A stretch of DNA of 63,881 nucleotides, filler included. It is 7 parts of 7 records of this genome, joined end to end, with 100 filler letters (N's around TTAATTAATTAA, not from the genome) between each part and the next. Parts side by side here need not be neighbours in the genome. Positions count along the whole stretch, not along the records: positions 58,660 to 63,881 come from SRR2962707_4555; 6 more parts are not named here. One strand, given 5' to 3'. How positions within the stretch are numbered: the first letter of the stretch is position 1; every line of letters begins with the position of its first letter. Shown here one piece after another: positions 58,941-63,881 of this stretch. The notes beneath the pieces were generated by a model. That model did no database searches and had not been told where the DNA came from. It saw only the letters and a program-made list of their open reading frames with translations. The position numbers and the translations under genes are program-made.

Positions 58941-61900
58941 TTAAGTTGTCGACGGGCGCGTCGGTCGTGCGTGAACAGCCTCTGCTTCTCCTTGTAGGAC
59001 GTAGTCTGCAACTTCTTCGCCGCAAAACGCCTTGCAATCACCGGAAGCATTTTCGGCTGGGCCTTCAAGAGGGTGGTCGTCATTTTGTCCTGCATTGAAA
59101 AGAAAAGCGCACCCCACGGTCAGCAAAGTGAACGAAACCGGCCCTCTACCGTGCAGCGTTCATCCCTCCTGCACATCGGGGAAAATGTTCACAACACCAA
59201 CCTCGAGAGCGGCTTTCTCGCTGCATCCCATCATTTTTAGGAGAGGACGCGCGTAAGTCCACACCCACACAGACTTCCTGTTCACGTCTTTGAACCGAAA
59301 CAGCGCCTTGAGGATAGTTTTGTCAACATTGGTAACCTTGCAGCGATTCACTGTGGCTATTGCTGTGACACTAGCGCTCTGGAAGAGGCATTTAGTCCCC
59401 AAGTCCCAAACCTTGACAGGAATCACACAGTAACGTGAGACTTGACAAAAGTAAAAGGGGAGCGCGAGTAGACTCCAAGGAGTGGCGACGCTCAAAGAAT
59501 GACAAAGCGTGTTGCTGCCAAGCAACAAGCAACGAGCACTGGCACAAAAACTTACTTCTTCCACATCAGGGTAGCCCTTGAGCAAAGTGTGAATCATTTC
59601 GACGCCATCTGCTTGCATGAAAGCAGACACGGCTGTTGCGGTTGTCATCAGTGCACATAGACCCTGAAGACCCCACGTGATGACCTCGAACACTGTCGAG
59701 TGCCCGTGCATTGCTGCAACCACCGCCCCAATCGCCCCGCCGCTGGTAAGTGCCTTTCGCGTCTCCGCAATCACATCTTCAGGCTTTGATCGAGACGCTT
59801 GAGCGAGCAGCCAAAATGCCTTCACCCCTTCAAGTTGCAGAGCAGCATCAGCAGAGTACCTGGTGCAAATCACACAGAAACGAATTCAACAACCTCAACG
59901 CGAACGACAAACGGAGTGGCGAGCGGGGCGGCAGAATACCTATGCCACCTTACCGCCGCAAAGTTCGCGTGGCATGTTTAAATTGGCGCCGCTGTAGAAA
60001 GACACGTAGCTTCACTGAAGCATAGATGTGATCTTCTTCGCCTGTGCGGTGTGCTCCATCTGTGGCGCTCGCATGTGCTCCCGATTTGGAGCCTGCCCTG
60101 GCACGGCGACCCTTTTCCTGACCCTGGCCGCCAAGCGCACCCCGTTCACGTGCACGCGCAGAAGCCACAGCGTCATCGAGAAGCAACAGTGCTTCTTGGG
60201 ACCCGCGGCGCGATGCAGAGAGCTTTCCCTCTTTGCGTTTCCGCACTTGCAGCAGCTTTTGCACCTCCTTGAGACACGCATCGTGCACATTGCACTCTGC
60301 TTCTTGCTTCGACGCTTGTTTCAACCACGCTGAATGCGTCTTTTCATCACATACAACAACGGGCTGGTACGCCAGCCTCCAGCGCGTGGATCGGTGTGCA
60401 ATATTTTCCTGTTGTGCCAGAAAAACCAGTCCTGAAGTGCCAGTGGAAAACGCAAGTTCAAACCAGTGCAAGTTAACGACAACAACTGCAGACCTGGCGC
60501 TGAAGTTCTGCGGTATCGAGGGTCACCGTTGCTTTGCCGCTATCTGCATACGGATCCAACCATTCTACAAACTCCATGATGTCGACCGTGCCACCCCCAT
60601 CGGCATCTACGTCGTCAAAAATGACCTGCAGCCCACCGTCAGGAATTTCTGCAGCAGGAATTCGGGCCTACAGCACCAGAAATAACAATGCGCGGTCGGA
60701 TGGCGCAAAGCCGTCGGCCTCGTGGTTCAAGCGGAAAATGCCGATTCTCATCAGCCACGGGCCCGGCGCACCTGTTTCCGAATCGCTTCGCAAAATTCTT
60801 CGAAATCCAATTCGCCAGAGTTGTCTTTGTCATAGAATCGGAACAATGCTGCCAAGTCAACGCCTTCTTGGACGTATGCCTACATTATCAGTACCATTTC
60901 ATGCCACCCAATGGAATCGCAGCAAAACAAAACGGCAATGCGCACCACGACATCACGAGCTTGGACATCACAGGTACCTGTGCCACAAGCCGGGTCCTGA
61001 TCAACTTGAAAAGCTCTTCCTTCTTGCCGGCCCATTTCTTCATGTCTCTTTTCTTCTCAGCTGCCACTGCCTTGGCAGCTTTGTCTGCATCCAGAGTGGC
61101 CTGGACATTCAAACCGCATCTAATGATTGAGCAAGGATCGTTCGCAGGCGCACACACACCAACACGAATCCGCTGTCCATTACAGGCTCATTGCTATTGA
61201 CCAATCCTTCTTCGCCAACGTCATACCTTTGCGTTGGAGTGATAATATTCAGTGGGAATAAAATCAAGCGTGCCGACTGGATCTTGAAGGTGGCTATCAT
61301 CAAACAGCACGCTGAGGCGGTCAATCTCCATCTTCGCCTGCTTGATTCCCGCCCGCATGGCCAAAACGCTGTCCATGGCTCGATCCTAAGGGAGAAAATC
61401 AAGAGAGTCCACATGAAATGCCAGACACTTCCACTGAGTGATGCAGCAATCGCTATCCCCAACTCACCCGCCGCGCTTTCTCTCGTTTGGCAGCCTTGTA
61501 CGACAGCTGGGATAGACTTGAGGCCGATCCCGTCCGGTGCATCGATCTGGTCGATTGTGATTCTGCACCTATACCCAAGCCACGTCTGTCGCTTCCCAAC
61601 CTTGGGAGGTTGTGAGCGGACAGAGGCAGTCCTTCCAGTGGAGCGCCATCGGAGTCAGGCCCTTCACGAGCAACAATTGCTCTTCCTGGCTCCCCTGATT
61701 TGACAGATTCCCCAAGTTTAGCACTGCCTTGACACGCATCCTCATCTCTTGCGCTGAAAAGATCTTCATCGCTGTCGGGATGTTTTTCTTCGTCGTCAGT
61801 GTCGTCGTCGAGGTCATCAACTTCGTCGTCGAAATCAAATTCCGACAAAGACCCTTCGCTGCTCGCATAGGATGCTGAGGTCCGAGGGCTTCGACTTCCC

Positions 61901-63881
61901 CTACCACCTTCATACCCGCTGCTCCCGCGTGAATTCATGGACTTTCGGTCCACACGGTCAGCATGTGAAGAAGCCAGTTTTGTGAGAATTGCCTCAATTC
62001 GTTGCTCCTTGAACCGAAGAAAAACATATGAGCACCCGCGCATTTCAATCCAAACAGCAAACGTGGATATGTGAGCGGCACATACCGGACCGTCGGAGAG
62101 TGCGCAGATGAATAGGCAGGAACTTACCTTCGTTCGGATGAAGTCACACAAATCGCACAATTGTGTGTGGATACGCGACTGCTCGAGCCATGAACCGTAC
62201 ACGCGATCATCCGTCGCTCGACATTCTTCTAACGGCGGCATGTCAATTGCGCGGAAAGCCAGGTAGTACGCATTGGAGAATTGGAACAGCGGCGAAAAAA
62301 AACGGTCAGATCCGTCGCTCAGAGGTCTACAAAAAACAAAATGATCCAGTCACGAAAACAGGCCAAATCTCACAACGGAAACCGAGCGATCTATGAAGCT
62401 GGCACCGAAACGGAACGTGCACTGAGCGCATCCAGCGTTGAAAACTAACCGGTCCTCCTCCAGATCAAAAGCAAATGTTGATTCTCCGTGATTGAACGAC
62501 TCCCAAAGTTTTGCCTTGTGAAGCAGCAAGCGTTTGGATATCATCGTGTGGGTCCGGGGGTCGCGGAACGTTGCGGGGTGGTCTTCCCCAGCGTTTTCTG
62601 CTTGTGTGATTGCACGCTCATAAACCTGCAACGCAACATGAGGAAGAGCTTCAGGAACAGGCATCCAAGATATTCAAGTTTTCGCAGCGCGTTGGTCATG
62701 CCAAGTCCAAGAGTTGCCGAGCGAGCAAACCTTGACGTAAGGGTTTAACTCGTGGTCATCTAGCCAAGCACGAAACTCTGCAGCATCGACTTCTCCGCTG
62801 AGATCAATGTCAATGGAATCGAATAGCTTTTGAATTTCTTCCTGGCTGACCTCATCCTGGAATGTAGCCAGCCAAATCAGTGTCAGAGGGGCAACGCCGT
62901 CAGGCAAGTATTCGGCAGGTCATTGCAAAGACGGGGCGAGGGACCACCGACCTCGCTCATGTCACAGTCTTTTCTAAGTGCTTGCGTGAATTCGTCCACG
63001 TCAAGGATTCCATTGTTGTCCAAATCGTAATGCCGAAACAGCTTTTCGATGTCAACGCCGTTCACGAAGAATGCGGCATTCCGTAACTTCATGCGAAGAT
63101 ACTCCAGTGATGCTTTGTCAGTGGGCGTTGGTGGGCGCAACTCCATTTCAATCGCTGCCTGTTCAGTCTCTAGTAAATGGCGACGCTCCTAGCACAGGAA
63201 CGGTGGTTGCCGCAACGTGAGAACAGCTACGTAGTGCACCACAAGCAAGCACCGAAATAGCAGAAACTCACTTCCTCCCGCTTCGAATCGTATCCTGGGC
63301 GCCAATCGTACTGCTGATCATCATCAAACGCGACAGGCCCACACGGGTAGTTCACGGGGGCCATAATGCGCTTGTGAGGATACGCCTCGCGACCGGTTGC
63401 GTACTTGTACATCAAAACCGTGTCAGGAGTAGGCTCGCCCTTCCATTTCCAATACCTGCAGACGACAGCAATGGTTCGTCATTGGTCGTGATAACATGAA
63501 GACGAGAAACAGGGCCCACCTAGTAGAGTAGGTTCTCGGCAGACAAGCTACCACGGATCAAGGCGGCAGAGGAACAACAGAATCAAACTCAAGCCCAAAA
63601 CGACTCACTCTTGTCCTTTCAGGTGCGTCGTCACGAAGCCTTTACCACTGGGACCGTACGCCTTCCACCGCTCTTTCTTGGCTCGCAGCCGCATTTTCTC
63701 GTGCCGATCAAGCTCTGCACGCTCGCGCTCCATCTTCAGCTTTGCTTGGGCCATTAGCATGAGCTCTCGCTTCGTGCCTCGACCTTTGAGCGCTGTATCA
63801 AATTGTGAAAGCCTCTCACTCGTATTGTCCGCATCTGAAGCTTCTACGACTGCAACAGCACCACCACCACCACCACCACCA
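58941..63881 (-). CDS. Eukaryotic multi-exon gene (5' partial) with two EF-hand pairs and C-terminal ARM-like repeats
   Basis: EF loops DLDNNGILDVDE, DIDLSGEVDAAE, DKDNSGELDFEE and DADGGGTVDIME. In-frame GT-AG introns at 62857-62951, 62008-62127, 60880-60977 and 60668-60771. ARM-like GAIGAVVAAM..H....VITWGLQGLCAL. Remaining exon boundaries and the 3' end are approximate. Confidence 0.72.
63858..63881 (-). repeat. (GGT)n microsatellite read as poly-Gly at the window end
   Basis: caccaccaccaccaccacca on the + strand, in frame with GGGGGGGAVAVVEASD on the minus strand. Confidence 0.8.

Noticed and set aside
62008..62175. Apparent Cys/His zinc finger (CDLC...C...C...C..H) in ORF 61453..62241
   Set aside because: Most ligands fall in 62008-62127, a 120-nt stop-free intron (GTAAGT...TTCAAG) that the ORF track reads through.

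Overview
This window is not one chromosome. It is seven unrelated contigs joined by six artificial 100-nt spacers (44 N + TTAATTAATTAA + 44 N). Taxonomic labels below are my impression from gene content and sequence style, not from a search. (1) 1-10338, alphaproteobacterial: hopanoid operon hpnM-hpnC-hpnB-hpnD-hpnE-shc (shc partial and missed by the ORF track), a hydroxyacid-oxoacid transhydrogenase, and a sulfolactate catabolic trio suyB-slcC-comC. (2) 10439-18668, Marinobacter-like: rep, GGDEF/EAL, tex, gshA, an RMF-like small protein, fliL-like, dsbB and the start of rsd/algQ. (3) 18769-25577, Rhizobiales-like: an ABC-2 exporter, an EptA/MCR-family lipid A phosphoethanolamine transferase behind a PepSY/response regulator/kinase unit, and a divergent PepSY-cytochrome b pair. 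(4) 25678-31209, Thalassospira-like: CFA synthase, an orphan, an ECF41 sigma/AhpD module with its cognate promoter, and a large exported protein. (5) 31310-50992, Marinobacter-like: metNIQ, HDOD and c-di-GMP signalling genes, amidase, TSUP, a Fur-box exbB-exbD-exbD-tonB unit, an NtrC/IHF/sigma54/ANTAR-type FNT channel plus PP2C-kinase fusion operon, and the probable first five codons of T6SS hcp. (6) 51093-58559 and (7) 58660-63881 are eukaryotic (protist-like) genomic DNA with roughly 95-120 nt GT-AG introns. They carry a >2200-aa helical protein with a possible split LamG domain, a KDM5-type C5HC2 plus ALGGH zinc-finger exon, and a four-EF-hand/ARM gene. Contig 7 begins with an Illumina adapter remnant. 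No rRNA, tRNA, CRISPR array or transposase was recognised. I cannot show that any system here is new. The best under-described candidates are the ANTAR-gated FNT/phosphatase-kinase operon, the Asp/Asn ExbD pair and the PepSY-TCS-EptA envelope module.
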